A DNA stretch of 64,000 nt from a bacterium (GTDB lineage Bacteria > Patescibacteriota > Minisyncoccia > Phycocordibacterales > UBA12088), in assembly GCA_003252295.1 (NCBI GenBank), contig QKEV01000011.1:7127-71126 (forward strand), written 5' to 3'. The notes under the pieces were generated by a model that had not been told where the DNA came from, did no database searches, and worked only from the letters and a program-made list of their open reading frames with translations. The first letter of the stretch is position 1. Every line of letters starts with the position of its first letter. The position numbers and the translations under genes were made by a program. Shown here in pieces: positions 1 through 9,959 of the stretch.

Positions 1-376
1 ATAAAAATTTTGGTTGCACACCGTCGAGTACATAGAGGTAATTTGTAGCTAAGAAAAAAACACTTGCACTCACAGAAAATGTAAGGATCCGTTTATGCTG
101 TTTCGTTCTACCTGTAAAACTTGCTACAAAATAAATAAAACTAACTGGAACAAGAATAGCAGCATAATGAAGAGTGATATTAAAAACATTAGCAACCTCG
201 GTAGAAGTTGCATTTATCATTCCCAAATACCCAAGAGCCCATATCGTGGCAGATATTGAAAGCAACATCCACCACCCATACGCCCGACCTCGATGATACA
301 AGGTAAGTAAACCAGACCCAAATGCAATCAATGCACCTAGTAAAAGTACAATATTCCAATAATCTAACTCTAACAT
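1..376 (-). CDS. Membrane protein, N-terminal part only; gene continues beyond window start
   Basis: Reverse-strand ATG at 376..374 opens a frame that reads MLELDYWNIVLLLGALIAFGSGLLTLYHRGRAYGWWMLLSISATIWALGYLGMINATSTEV... with several hydrophobic segments and no stop before coordinate 1. Truncated, so absent from the ORF track. Confidence 0.4.
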   Translation of the reverse strand, partial: MLELDYWNIVLLLGALIAFGSGLLTLYHRGRAYGWWMLLSISATIWALGYLGMINATSTEVANVFNITLHYAAILVPVSFIYFVASFTGRTKQHKRILTFSVSASVFFLATNYLYVLDGVQPKFL

Positions 377-381
377 GTATC

Positions 382-2043
382 CTAAAGGTACTTATTGCCC
401 AACGAGACTATTTCCGGTTTTGATGAAAAAAATAAAGAAAGTTCCTTCAAAGACGGATAAATAATATTTGATCCATGGTGTGGCTCTATGTGAATATCCC
501 CAAGATAATTTTCACCATGCATCCGTGCAACTGCATACGTATTTAGTTTACCATCAAGTGCATAGATTGCAGACTGTGGAGATGAACAAGCAACATGGGG
601 ATTAGTAATCCCATATGTATGCCACCCATCAGGCACACTGTCTTTACTTATGTAACCGTGCCAATGACTAATAGCAACACCGTCCTCTTCAACCATCTTT
701 CCGTAGACACTGTTTTCATCTAAGTGTTTCTCTATTGAAGCAATGATCACATTTCCAAGAGCGTGTGCAAGTATAACCTGTGTATCAAATGATGAACGCA
801 CTCCTTTGTCCAGAACAAGAGCTGATGGTAACTGCAATTGCATTTGACCATTTGATAAACCTAGTTTTATCAGATCATTCGCAGGGTCCATGTGCACCTT
901 GTTACAACCTGAACGTTGTGTGAGTACCCAAACATCAGGTAGGAGAATACAATGTTCGACTTTATTAATCTTAAACTTAAAAAGCAAACCTTCTTTGGTT
1001 TTAAAAAGCGACTTATCTTCCTGTGCAATAAAATCAAAACGTGCTTCTGCATCAGCAAGTGGTAACACCTTTGGCAGTTTTGTTGGCATCTGTCGTGCCA
1101 AAAATCCATAGCTCATGCCATTACGCTGATCCATATGTATCGAACCAATCCATCGGTAAAGTTTTGATCTAAAAGGTAGATCAGCAACTTTTTTACCACT
1201 AGGCCAAAGTCCTGACTTGGCCAAAAGCTTACCTCCTTCAACCATATCCTGAACATGCGACTTGTGTTTTTGGTCACCATGATCAAACCTGTTCTTTAAG
1301 ATTGTAAACTCATCCATATGAATAGGACTTATTGGAGCTGCGAGTTTAGGGATAATATTACTTAACAGTGCATCTTTTAGATCAGCATTAAGTTCATACA
1401 CTGGATGAGATGCATTAAAATTGTACACGACAAAAAAATCACTACCCAAACCTAAAACCAGATGTGACATGTGTCGAGCAAACATGTTCATTGCTGTTTC
1501 AAAATGAGTTTCAAAATCTGAATCACGCGTTACATGTTCTGGAAGTTCAATGATTGTGACGACAGAGCTACTCTTGTAGCTACTCAACCAATCGATTGGG
1601 AGCTCCTTTTCATCATGTTCACCGAGAGAAATAATGATAGTTCCAGGTGCAACACGAGATCTGCGAAGACTCTTTTTTATCGCATTTACATCAAAGTAAT
1701 TTTCAACTTGTTTTCCAGTAAGTTTTTCATAGGTACCTGCAATAAACATTCCGGCTATCCTAAAGAAACGCTTAATAACCTTGTTAAAAGGTAATGTAAA
1801 ATGTACTGATTCAAATGGCACAACCTTAACGCCCAAATCTTTCATTGAACCCTCGAGTCTTTGAGAAAATTCACGCATTTTTGCGGTAACATGTTTTCCC
1901 TCTTTAGGAAAAAAAGTTACTCCAGTGAGCGTGTGTGCCATTTCCTCAACTTGCGTAGGAACATCGGTCGCTATCCCCAGTAGACCTTTAATTGTTTTTT
2001 CCTCTGGAAATTCAATATTGTATGTAACTTGTTCTTTATGCAT
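382..2043 (-). CDS. Hypothetical protein (553 aa)
   Basis: Long uninterrupted ORF, His-rich C-terminal region, no family motif recognised by eye. Confidence 0.5.
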   Translation of the reverse strand: MHKEQVTYNIEFPEEKTIKGLLGIATDVPTQVEEMAHTLTGVTFFPKEGKHVTAKMREFSQRLEGSMKDLGVKVVPFESVHFTLPFNKVIKRFFRIAGMFIAGTYEKLTGKQVENYFDVNAIKKSLRRSRVAPGTIIISLGEHDEKELPIDWLSSYKSSSVVTIIELPEHVTRDSDFETHFETAMNMFARHMSHLVLGLGSDFFVVYNFNASHPVYELNADLKDALLSNIIPKLAAPISPIHMDEFTILKNRFDHGDQKHKSHVQDMVEGGKLLAKSGLWPSGKKVADLPFRSKLYRWIGSIHMDQRNGMSYGFLARQMPTKLPKVLPLADAEARFDFIAQEDKSLFKTKEGLLFKFKINKVEHCILLPDVWVLTQRSGCNKVHMDPANDLIKLGLSNGQMQLQLPSALVLDKGVRSSFDTQVILAHALGNVIIASIEKHLDENSVYGKMVEEDGVAISHWHGYISKDSVPDGWHTYGITNPHVACSSPQSAIYALDGKLNTYAVARMHGENYLGDIHIEPHHGSNIIYPSLKELSLFFSSKPEIVSLGNKYL

Positions 2044-2201
2044 TGCAAATATAATTATTTCAAAAGCAAATCATATATTTATTTGATTTGCCCTCTGTAC
2101 AAATTTCTAAACCAAAACAGAGCTCATTTTATAATGAGAAATTTTGTAAGCGTTCCAGTATAACATGACCTGGCAAGTATAAATGCTGTGCTTGTTGCTT
2201 A

Positions 2202-2999
2202 TTATATATTAGAAACTGGTTGAAGTTTCTTTTTTTTCACCAGCATCCTGAAATCCTCTTTTACCAAAGAATTTTTTTGTATCATTACATGAATCTCTTT
2301 CGTTATCCGACTACTTGCTGATGAAAACTTTTTGTCACCATCCTTGATTCCAGCAAAAAGTTCTTTCCTCTGTATCGGTTTACCAAAGCGAATTATTATT
2401 TTTTGACGACCAAAGAAAATTCTCCAATAAGATAGGTTAAACGTTCCCGTAATAGCAACAGGGACCACTGGTAAACCAGTAGTCCATGATAAATACGCAG
2501 TACCTCCCTTATTTTTTATTGTCTCACCTTCTTTCCTTTGTCTTCCTCCAATAAATATAAGAACTGTCTGTTTACTATTTCCAATATCAACCAATGTTTT
2601 AAGAGATGTTCCATAGTCATGCGTCCCTTTTATTGCAGGATAGGCCCCCATCACTCTGAAAAACCAATCACTGTAGGCAAACTTTCTCCAACCATGCCAA
2701 TCGTACTCTTTTCTCTCTCTACAAACGGCAAACAGTGTACTCTTTTTATTAAAAATTGGCAGTGTGGTACGTATCAAAACTGAATCAAGCTCACTGACAT
2801 GATTCGAGGCATATATGTAGGGACCATATTTTTGCTTTTGAATATATTCTTCACCTTCAACAACCACCTTGAACACCATTTTAAAAAAGATAGTAGCAAA
2901 AACAGCAGCAGTACCTTGTACAAGGTGATTTACCATTATCTTATAACGTGGAAATGCATTCTCTGTTTTTACCTTACTCATATTAGTATGTATATACAT
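2202..2999 (-). CDS. plsC: Lysophospholipid (1-acyl-sn-glycerol-3-phosphate) acyltransferase family protein
   Basis: NHVSELD matches the HX4D acyltransferase motif. PlsC-like size and hydrophobic N-terminus. Confidence 0.6.
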   Translation of the reverse strand: MYIHTNMSKVKTENAFPRYKIMVNHLVQGTAAVFATIFFKMVFKVVVEGEEYIQKQKYGPYIYASNHVSELDSVLIRTTLPIFNKKSTLFAVCRERKEYDWHGWRKFAYSDWFFRVMGAYPAIKGTHDYGTSLKTLVDIGNSKQTVLIFIGGRQRKEGETIKNKGGTAYLSWTTGLPVVPVAITGTFNLSYWRIFFGRQKIIIRFGKPIQRKELFAGIKDGDKKFSSASSRITKEIHVMIQKNSLVKEDFRMLVKKKKLQPVSNI

Positions 3000-3029
3000 T
3001 AGACCACATATTAGAAAAAAAGCAATCGT

Positions 3030-3530
3030 CTACCCTTTTACCAGAACTGGAATGCTGATAAGTGGGGTGATGAGCCAGACGAAGAGGGCTTGCGACGAGG
3101 TGAAAATGGTGTCGAACAGCGGACTGAAAGAGTACAGTAGGTGGAGGTCGGCACAATGGCACAGAAGCGCTATACACAGCCCTGTCGAGACAACCGACAG
3201 AGTCACCATCTCAATCCACCGCCACAGTGTATTAGGCTGATAGTTGGCATCGATATGATCTTTTAAGACATAGAACACACCTGCCATACTTGCTGCAAAG
3301 ATAACAAATGAAACATATCTTGCAAAAGCAGTACCCTCTACTGCACCGTAGAAAGGAAAAAAACTTGTGATGAGTACCGATGGATATAAAGAAAAAAGGA
3401 AAATGAGCAACTTGCTTTTTCCTTTTGTGAATCCAAGCGTAACAAGTAGTGCACAACACAACAGCACGCCAAATATATCAATTGAAATGTTTCCTATGAG
3501 ACTAAGTGCAGTTTCCGTTGCGCTAGACAT
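3030..3530 (-). CDS. Integral membrane protein, hypothetical
   Basis: 166 aa with 4-5 hydrophobic helices. Confidence 0.45.
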   Translation of the reverse strand: MSSATETALSLIGNISIDIFGVLLCCALLVTLGFTKGKSKLLIFLFSLYPSVLITSFFPFYGAVEGTAFARYVSFVIFAASMAGVFYVLKDHIDANYQPNTLWRWIEMVTLSVVSTGLCIALLCHCADLHLLYSFSPLFDTIFTSSQALFVWLITPLISIPVLVKG

Positions 3531-3539
3531 GTATACAAA

Positions 3540-4604
3540 CTAGATACCTTCGTCTCGCAGTGTCTCAATAGCCTTCTTTGCATTCCGGGAGAGCTTGCTT
3601 GGTACCTGTATGTCTATTTTAACGTATAGGTCCCCTCTGCTGCTACCACCCTTAGGCACACCTTTTCCTTTGATACGTAACTTTTCTCCAAACGAAACGC
3701 CTTGTGGTATCTTGAGAGTAAGTTCGCCGTCGAGTGTTTCTATCTTCTGTGAGTTTCCTAAGAGTGCATCAGTGAGCTTAATAGAGAGTGGCATGATAAG
3801 GTCGTAACCCTGTTTTATAAAACGCTTATCGTTCTCAACATGCACCTTGACGTAAAGGTCTCCCGGCGTACCTCCAGGTACCGCTTCTCCACCCCCAGTG
3901 AGGCGGACCATCTCTCCATTGTTTATTCCTGCTGGTACAGCAATAGGAACCTCTTCCTCGATACGTGTTACACCAACACCGTCACATTTCTTACACTTTT
4001 CTTTTGGCACCTTGCCCTTCCCGTGACACGTCTCACACACACGTGTTGTGGCGAACGTGCCAAACATTGTCTGCTTTGCTTCATGTACCTTACCTTGCCC
4101 ATTACAGGTACTACAGGTCACTAGCTCACTACCTTTTTTTGCTCCAGTACCATCACACTCATCACAGGTACCCACCTTAGTTAAGAGCACTTTTCGCTTC
4201 ACACCAAACACAGCTTCTTTAAACGTGAGCTCTATATCAATAGAAATGTCACGCCCTCGTCGCTCCTGTGACCTACCTCCACCAAAGATATCGCCAAAAA
4301 TATCGCCAAGATCAAACTCTACCTGTTGTCCACCAAACCCTTGAGCAAAATTTGAAAAATCAAAACCACCTGCAGGACCACCTCCTCCAGCACCGTTAAA
4401 AGTCCTGCCGTATGCATCATACTCAGCACGTTTCTTGTCATCAGAGAGCACACTGTATGCCTCACCTATTTCCTTGAAACGCTCTTCATCACCACCTGCT
4501 TTATCAGGATGGTACTTGTGCGCCAATTTGTGAAAGGCTTTCTTTATTTCACTCTTTGTGGCACCCTTCTCAACCCCAAGAACTTTGTAGTAATCTTTGC
4601 TCAT
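3540..4604 (-). CDS. dnaJ: Molecular chaperone DnaJ
   Basis: J-domain with HPD (KYHPDK), G/F-rich linker, four CxxCxGxG zinc-finger repeats. Confidence 0.95.
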   Translation of the reverse strand: MSKDYYKVLGVEKGATKSEIKKAFHKLAHKYHPDKAGGDEERFKEIGEAYSVLSDDKKRAEYDAYGRTFNGAGGGGPAGGFDFSNFAQGFGGQQVEFDLGDIFGDIFGGGRSQERRGRDISIDIELTFKEAVFGVKRKVLLTKVGTCDECDGTGAKKGSELVTCSTCNGQGKVHEAKQTMFGTFATTRVCETCHGKGKVPKEKCKKCDGVGVTRIEEEVPIAVPAGINNGEMVRLTGGGEAVPGGTPGDLYVKVHVENDKRFIKQGYDLIMPLSIKLTDALLGNSQKIETLDGELTLKIPQGVSFGEKLRIKGKGVPKGGSSRGDLYVKIDIQVPSKLSRNAKKAIETLRDEGI

Positions 4605-4606
4605 TA

Positions 4607-4706
4607 ATTTTCAATTTGAAATTTTTAATTCTTAATTTTCATTTAATTTTTAATGAAATAATTTTAAATTAAACAATTAAAACATTCATTACAAATTAAA
4701 AATTGA
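4607..4706. repeat. Extremely A+T-rich dnaK-dnaJ spacer with a 12-bp inverted repeat (AATTTTCAATTT / AAATTGAAAATT)
   Basis: Read directly in the sequence; arms at 4607..4618 and 4695..4706. Confidence 0.5.
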
Positions 4707-4716
4707 AAATTATAAA

Positions 4717-6618
4717 TTACTCGGTTTCTGCGTCTCGTACCTTCTCCTCGCCATCAGTATCATCTTTTTTATCATCTTTATTTTCCTTATCTTCTGTTGT
4801 TTCAGAAGAAGAAGCTTCATGTTTACTCACCGCTTCACCAATTTTCTGCATTGCAGTAGAAAGCTCATCTGAAGCTTTTCTGATATCATCTCTCACTGTC
4901 CCCTCCACTGCTTTTTTCAAAGCAGTAATCTTTTCTTCAACTTCAGTCTTTATTGAAGCGTCCACCTTGTCACCATAATCCTTGAGTGACTTCTCTGCGG
5001 TGTAGATAAGCTGCTCTGCTACATTCTTTGCTTCAATGAGTTCACGTTTTGTTTGGTCATCTTTCTCGTGTGACTCAGCATCATTCTTCATTTTATCTAT
5101 CTCTTCGTCTGAGAGACCGGAACTTGCCTCGATCTTGATTGATTGTTCCTTACCTGTCGCCTTGTCCTTTGCTGTAACATTCAAAATACCATTTGCATCC
5201 ACATCAAAGCTCACCTCGATCTGTGGCATGCCGCGAGGTGCAGGGGGAATGCTATCAAGAATGAAGCGTCCAAGTGACTTGTTGTCAGTCGCCATCGCAC
5301 GTTCTCCTTGTGTGATATGTATTTCCACCTGTGTCTGGTTATCAGCAGCAGTAGAGAATGTCTGACTACGTTGTGTTGGTATGGTTGTGTTTCGTTCAAT
5401 GAGTTTAGTAGAGACACCACCCATGGTCTCAATACCAAGCGAGAGTGGTATAACATCAAGCAAGAGAATATCTTTTACATCACCCTGTAGAATACCTGCC
5501 TGAATAGCAGCACCACTTGCAACCACTTCATCAGGATTGATACTCTTGTTTGGCTCCTTACCAAAGAGATCCTTCACTGCCTTCACAATAGCTGGCATAC
5601 GAGTCTGTCCTCCCACAAGGATAATCTCATCAATGTCACCTATACCAAATGGAGACGCTTCTACAGCACGCTTTGTAATAGTGATCGAACGTTCAATGTA
5701 CTCACTTGCGAGCTCTTCGAGTTTTGCACGAGTCAACGTAAGGAGAAGATGTTTTGGACCATCACTGTCTGAGGTAATGAACGGTATGTTTATCTCAGTG
5801 TCTGTTGTCGTTGAAAGCTCCATCTTTGCCTTCTCAGCTGCCTCATCGAGACGCTGCAGTGCAAGCGGGTCCTTCGTCACATCAATACCAGAATCTTTCT
5901 TGAACTCATCTGCTATCCAGCGCACAATCTTCTGGTCAATGTCACGACCTCCCATATGTGCATCACCATCGGTACTCTTCACCTCGATTACATCATCACC
6001 AACCTCAAGTACTGACACATCAAATGTACCACCTCCGAAGTCGAAGACTACTATTTGCTCATCTTTCTTTTTGTTGAAACCGTACGCAAGTGCTGCTGCA
6101 GTTGGCTCGTTGATAATACGCTTCACCTCAAGACCTGCGATCTTACCAGCATCCTTTGTTGCCTGACGTTGTGAGTCGTTGAAGTATGCAGGGACCGTAA
6201 TCACTGCCTCGGTAATCTCCTCACCAAGCTTTCGCTCTGCGTCTGCCTTGAGCTTCTGGAGAATCATTGCGCTAATCTCTTCCGGTCGGTACTGCTTATC
6301 ACCCATAGCAATGAGTACACCACCGGTGTCACCCTTCTCAACCTTGTATGGGACTATCTCCTTATCCTTCTGCACCGCGTCCTCTTCAAAGTTGTGACCA
6401 ATAAAACGCTTGATACCATAAATAGTGTTCTGTGGGTTCGTAACTGCTTGTCGTTTTGCAACAACACCTACAGCACGTTCCTTGTTCTTACTGATTGAAA
6501 CTACTGATGGAGTAGTACGATTACCCTCCTCATTTTCTATGATCTGTGGTTCACCACCTTCAACGTACGCCATTGCTGAATTTGTGGTTCCAAGATCTAT
6601 TCCTAGTATTTTTGACAT
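4717..6618 (-). CDS. dnaK: Molecular chaperone DnaK (Hsp70)
   Basis: [30 protein letters not shown], acidic C-terminal tail. 633 aa. Confidence 0.97.
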   Translation of the reverse strand: MSKILGIDLGTTNSAMAYVEGGEPQIIENEEGNRTTPSVVSISKNKERAVGVVAKRQAVTNPQNTIYGIKRFIGHNFEEDAVQKDKEIVPYKVEKGDTGGVLIAMGDKQYRPEEISAMILQKLKADAERKLGEEITEAVITVPAYFNDSQRQATKDAGKIAGLEVKRIINEPTAAALAYGFNKKKDEQIVVFDFGGGTFDVSVLEVGDDVIEVKSTDGDAHMGGRDIDQKIVRWIADEFKKDSGIDVTKDPLALQRLDEAAEKAKMELSTTTDTEINIPFITSDSDGPKHLLLTLTRAKLEELASEYIERSITITKRAVEASPFGIGDIDEIILVGGQTRMPAIVKAVKDLFGKEPNKSINPDEVVASGAAIQAGILQGDVKDILLLDVIPLSLGIETMGGVSTKLIERNTTIPTQRSQTFSTAADNQTQVEIHITQGERAMATDNKSLGRFILDSIPPAPRGMPQIEVSFDVDANGILNVTAKDKATGKEQSIKIEASSGLSDEEIDKMKNDAESHEKDDQTKRELIEAKNVAEQLIYTAEKSLKDYGDKVDASIKTEVEEKITALKKAVEGTVRDDIRKASDELSTAMQKIGEAVSKHEASSSETTEDKENKDDKKDDTDGEEKVRDAETE

Positions 6619-6673
6619 GATGGTTTAACTTAGATGTATAAATGTTCCGAAAGTTACTTTCGGGGGCTGAATG

Positions 6674-7258
6674 TTATGTTTTATCCTGTAGCTGCGCAAC
6701 AACAACTTTTGCTGGTCGCACAAGCTCACCATTAATAGTGTATCCCTGCTGAAAAACTTGCGCTACCGTGTGATCTTCTTTTTTCTTTTCTGTCGGTACG
6801 ATACTCATACACTCGTGTACATTTGGATCAAATGCCTCACCGGGAGCACCAAAGCGTTCTAAACCCTCACTCTTCAGTGCCTGATGAAACTGGCTCGCGA
6901 TTCGTTCTACTCCTTGTCGCCAGTTCTCATCGACGTCGTGCCAACTTTTTTCCTGCATTGCGGCTTCAAACGTATCGAGGGCTGGGAGCAGTTTTTCAAT
7001 AATAGACCCTTTGATACGTGATTCATTTCGCTCCCTATCTTCTGCAACTGTCTTACGAAAGTTCACGAGATCTGCCTTTGATCGTTGCCAACCCGCAAGG
7101 TTCTCATCTCGCTCATGCTGAGCCTCTCGTAACTCAGCTCTGAGGGCTTTTAGTTTATCCTTAAGGGCAGCATTAGTGACCTCTTCTGTTTCAAGTTCTA
7201 TCTCGTCACCAGTCTCAAAATCTATTGAAATCTCCTCATTTTCCGCGCCTTTTTTCAT
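6674..7258 (-). CDS. grpE: Nucleotide exchange factor GrpE
   Basis: Coiled-coil N-terminus and GrpE C-terminal beta domain. Sits directly upstream of dnaK in operon order grpE-dnaK-dnaJ. Confidence 0.9.
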   Translation of the reverse strand: MKKGAENEEISIDFETGDEIELETEEVTNAALKDKLKALRAELREAQHERDENLAGWQRSKADLVNFRKTVAEDRERNESRIKGSIIEKLLPALDTFEAAMQEKSWHDVDENWRQGVERIASQFHQALKSEGLERFGAPGEAFDPNVHECMSIVPTEKKKEDHTVAQVFQQGYTINGELVRPAKVVVAQLQDKT

Positions 7259-7266
7259 GGGTCATT

Positions 7267-7294
7267 ATTATAACGTTACAAACAGGAATGTCAA
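7267..7294 (-). promoter_or_regulatory. Consensus sigma70-type promoter for grpE-dnaK-dnaJ; near-leaderless
   Basis: Reverse strand reads TTGACA, 16 nt, TATAAT; the -10 ends 8 nt before the grpE ATG. No CIRCE (TTAGCACTC-N9-GAGTGCTAA) found in 7259..7436. Confidence 0.5.
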
Positions 7295-7436
7295 TTTTTA
7301 GTACATATGCAGTAACATTTTTTCGACGTCACACATAGCAAAAAAGATGACAAACCATTTGAAATAGGTACACTGTCAAAAGGTAAAGAGACCATTTACA
7401 ACAAACAGTAAGAACCTGCCAAAAGGAGACTCATCA

Positions 7437-8207
7437 ATGACCATAGGAGCAATTATTGCAATAGGTGGTGGTGAAATTTGTGTTCCCCAAAAAGAACCAG
7501 AGACACTAGGGATTGATGTTGCTATTGTTGGATTGACTACTTTTCTTACACAAAAAGAAAAACCAAACCTCTTATTCATTCCAACAGGGGCATGGAGTAA
7601 GCAAGGTGGTGAAGACGACATACTGTACTGTGCTACTGCATATAAACATTTTCGTCAACGACTGGGATGTAATTTTGAATCACTTCGCATCATTGCTGAT
7701 TGCTTAACAACAAAACAAATAGAACAGAAGATGCATTGGGCTGATGTGGTATACGTCGGTGGAGGTAATTCACGCAAGATGATGCAGGTATGGAGAGAAA
7801 CGGGTACCGACCAAATACTCACACGCGGGTACATGGAGCATGGGCTCATACTCTCAGGTTTGAGTGCAGGATCGATCTGTTGGTTCAAGCACAGCATTAG
7901 TGACTCTGAAAGATGTGAAGGCAAAGAAGATTGGAAACCTGTATGGGTACGAGGACTCGGGTTGATACAACGAGACCATAGCCCACACTACGACACAGAA
8001 CCTTGGCGTAAAGAACACCTTGTAAACAGAGCAAAGAAACGTATAAAAAGTATTGTTGCTCTTGAAAACAACACCGCACTTGTCGTGATGAATGAGCAGT
8101 TCAAGATTATTTCTTCACAACCAAACAAGCAGGTGTGGAGAATCACCTGCAACGGAAGCTCGCCTATCCTTCAGGATGGTACATGGAGAGACATCGAAGA
8201 GCTGTAA
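7437..8207 (+). CDS. pepE: Peptidase S51 (dipeptidase E / cyanophycinase-like)
   Basis: VYVGGGN and LSGLSAGS (Ser nucleophile) plus SPHYD correspond to PepE IVGGGNTF, WSAGAN and NPHF. Confidence 0.8.
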   Translation: MTIGAIIAIGGGEICVPQKEPETLGIDVAIVGLTTFLTQKEKPNLLFIPTGAWSKQGGEDDILYCATAYKHFRQRLGCNFESLRIIADCLTTKQIEQKMHWADVVYVGGGNSRKMMQVWRETGTDQILTRGYMEHGLILSGLSAGSICWFKHSISDSERCEGKEDWKPVWVRGLGLIQRDHSPHYDTEPWRKEHLVNRAKKRIKSIVALENNTALVVMNEQFKIISSQPNKQVWRITCNGSSPILQDGTWRDIEEL

Positions 8208-8211
8208 CATT

Positions 8212-8246
8212 AAAAGACCTGCCAGTATACACTGCCAGGTCTTTTA
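8212..8246. terminator. Intrinsic-terminator-like hairpin between convergent genes
   Basis: AAAAGACCTGCCAGT atac ACTGCCAGGTCTTTT (one mismatch) followed by a T-run. Lies between the pepE stop and the stop of the convergent 8286..8732 gene. Confidence 0.5.
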
Positions 8247-8285
8247 TACATGCAAACACATGGAGGTTTATAAAACAAATCATTC

Positions 8286-8732
8286 CTACAACCAGTGTCT
8301 TAGTTTCCACAATCTCCGTAAATATTGTAAATTCTTGCCCTTACCTCTTTCGCTTCTCTCCTGCACGGTACACCACTTCTCCTCATGTACGTACTCATGC
8401 AACCGACTTTCAGAAAGTGTCTCATCCACTACATAGATTAGACACGTATCAGGATCAATATTTGCTTCAGGTTCATCATTCATTTTGTACCACCAGCCAA
8501 AAGAGTTTCGCAAAAGACCAAAATTTACGTAACTTGTTGGCACGAGAACCAATGTTATACCACTCTCATGTACGTCACACATTTCACATTCACCAGGAAA
8601 GTTACCTATTAGTTGTGCAGCATAGGACAAACCCTCACAGGTAGAGCATCTTGGTATAGTGGAATGTACATTTGGATCATACTCAGGATGCACAGGACAC
8701 CATTCATTCTTGTCTATCATGCAGCACCTCAC
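8286..8732 (-). CDS. Cys-rich hypothetical protein
   Basis: 148 aa with multiple CxxC-type pairs (CSTCEG, CEMCDV). Overlapping plus-strand ORFs judged spurious. Confidence 0.4.
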   Translation of the reverse strand: MRCCMIDKNEWCPVHPEYDPNVHSTIPRCSTCEGLSYAAQLIGNFPGECEMCDVHESGITLVLVPTSYVNFGLLRNSFGWWYKMNDEPEANIDPDTCLIYVVDETLSESRLHEYVHEEKWCTVQERSERGKGKNLQYLRRLWKLRHWL

Positions 8733-8848
8733 TGGTTGAATTACTCTAAGGTTCGTAACTATATCAATCTGCTTTCAAGGTACCGCAATACATAAAGAAA
8801 GCAAGCCGTATGTTTCCATGCAGCTTGATGTAGTACATAACGTAACAA

Positions 8849-9514
8849 CTACCACTGTATTTCAGTTTCTTGATGTTCCTTGAGGTATGTATTTGCCTTG
8901 CTGAAGTGACGACACCCAAAGAAACCACTGTTTGCACTGTATGGTGACGGATGTGCCGCCTCAAGCACGAGATGCTTTTCTCGGTCTATGAACTCACCTT
9001 TCCTCTTTGCGTAGTTACCCCAGAGCATGAAAATGAGATGCTCTCGCTCATCATTGAGCTTCTGTATTACTACATCGGTAAATGCTTCCCATCCTTTTCC
9101 CTGATGACTTCCCGGCTGACTGGCACGCACGGTGAGTGTTGCATTCAAGAGGAGCACTCCCTGTTGTGCCCATTTTTCCAGGTTGCCACTCTCAGGCATC
9201 TCAACCCCAAGATCACTCTTGAGCTCTTTGTAGATGTTCTGGAGCGAGGGCGGCATACGCACTCCTTCCGGTACCGAGAAGGACAAACCATGTGCCTGTC
9301 CTGCACCATGGTATGGATCCTGTCCAAGGATCACCACTTTCACCTTTTCAAAGGGGCACAGATCAAATGCATTGAAAATATGTTTAGGTGCAGGGTACAC
9401 CTTTGCAGTCTTATACTCATCTTTCACAAAAGCGGACACCTTCTCCCAAGTATCCGTTGCAAACACATCAGCAAGCTCCCTTTTCCATGATGCTTCTATA
9501 CGTACGTCGGTCAT
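8849..9514 (-). CDS. ung: Uracil-DNA glycosylase (family 1)
   Basis: GQDPYHG water-activating loop, HPSP motif, UNG-like length. Confidence 0.9.
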   Translation of the reverse strand: MTDVRIEASWKRELADVFATDTWEKVSAFVKDEYKTAKVYPAPKHIFNAFDLCPFEKVKVVILGQDPYHGAGQAHGLSFSVPEGVRMPPSLQNIYKELKSDLGVEMPESGNLEKWAQQGVLLLNATLTVRASQPGSHQGKGWEAFTDVVIQKLNDEREHLIFMLWGNYAKRKGEFIDREKHLVLEAAHPSPYSANSGFFGCRHFSKANTYLKEHQETEIQW

Positions 9515-9533
9515 GAGTAACAGTTTACCATTT

Positions 9534-9803
9534 TTATAAACTTACCTCATAGGCACCCTCTCCACCGTCCTGAAGCTTAGCAGGTTTCCAGTCGAGTTCA
9601 TGTTCACGCAAGTACGCTTGCACTTTGAACGGCAGCACCGGACCATGCTCTGAGTGCACCCCCTTGCCAACTATGATGCGTACTCGTTGCCACCCCTCTT
9701 CCAGTGCTTCCTCGAAGAATTCATCGAGACCCATGTGTGCCTCATCAGCGGTACACCCATGTAGGTCTAGCTCAGCATCTACTATCTGTTCATACTTGTT
9801 CAT
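9534..9803 (-). CDS. Smr domain protein
   Basis: LDLHG motif, 89 aa stand-alone Smr. Confidence 0.8.
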   Translation of the reverse strand: MNKYEQIVDAELDLHGCTADEAHMGLDEFFEEALEEGWQRVRIIVGKGVHSEHGPVLPFKVQAYLREHELDWKPAKLQDGGEGAYEVSL

Positions 9804-9841
9804 GCACGCGAGTATACACTACCAATAGCTACTTTTTCCAA

Positions 9842-9959
9842 TCCCGTTAGAGACAGGTCATACAATGACCGTACAACATGCAAAGATATACCACCACGTA
9901 TCACACATGTGTTATATTCTCTGTTTTTTACAATACGAATATTCTAGTCTCTAACGGGA
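9842..9959. repeat. 13-bp perfect inverted repeat pair (TCCCGTTAGAGAC / GTCTCTAACGGGA) separated by about 92 nt
   Basis: Arms at 9842..9854 and 9947..9959. The right arm overlaps the stop codon of the AbrB-like ORF. The spacer contains smaller palindromes (GGTCATacaaTGACC, CACACATGTGT). Confidence 0.6.

Noticed and set aside
5537-6166. 209-aa plus-strand ORF, and several other ORFs of 60-110 aa, antisense inside dnaK
   Set aside because: Entirely embedded antisense in a highly conserved gene, with low-complexity Ser/Ala-rich translations; typical shadow ORFs of GC-skewed codons. The same reasoning was applied to antisense ORFs inside dnaJ, uvrA, uvrB, ftsZ, the P-type ATPase and others.
7259-7436. 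CIRCE/HrcA operator upstream of grpE
   Set aside because: No TTAGCACTC-N9-GAGTGCTAA-like inverted repeat is present in the promoter region.
8092-8644. Two overlapping plus-strand ORFs (114 and 169 aa) opposite the Cys-rich minus-strand gene
   Set aside because: They overlap each other in different frames and have His/Thr-rich low-complexity translations; the minus-strand ORF has the more protein-like composition. Low confidence either way.
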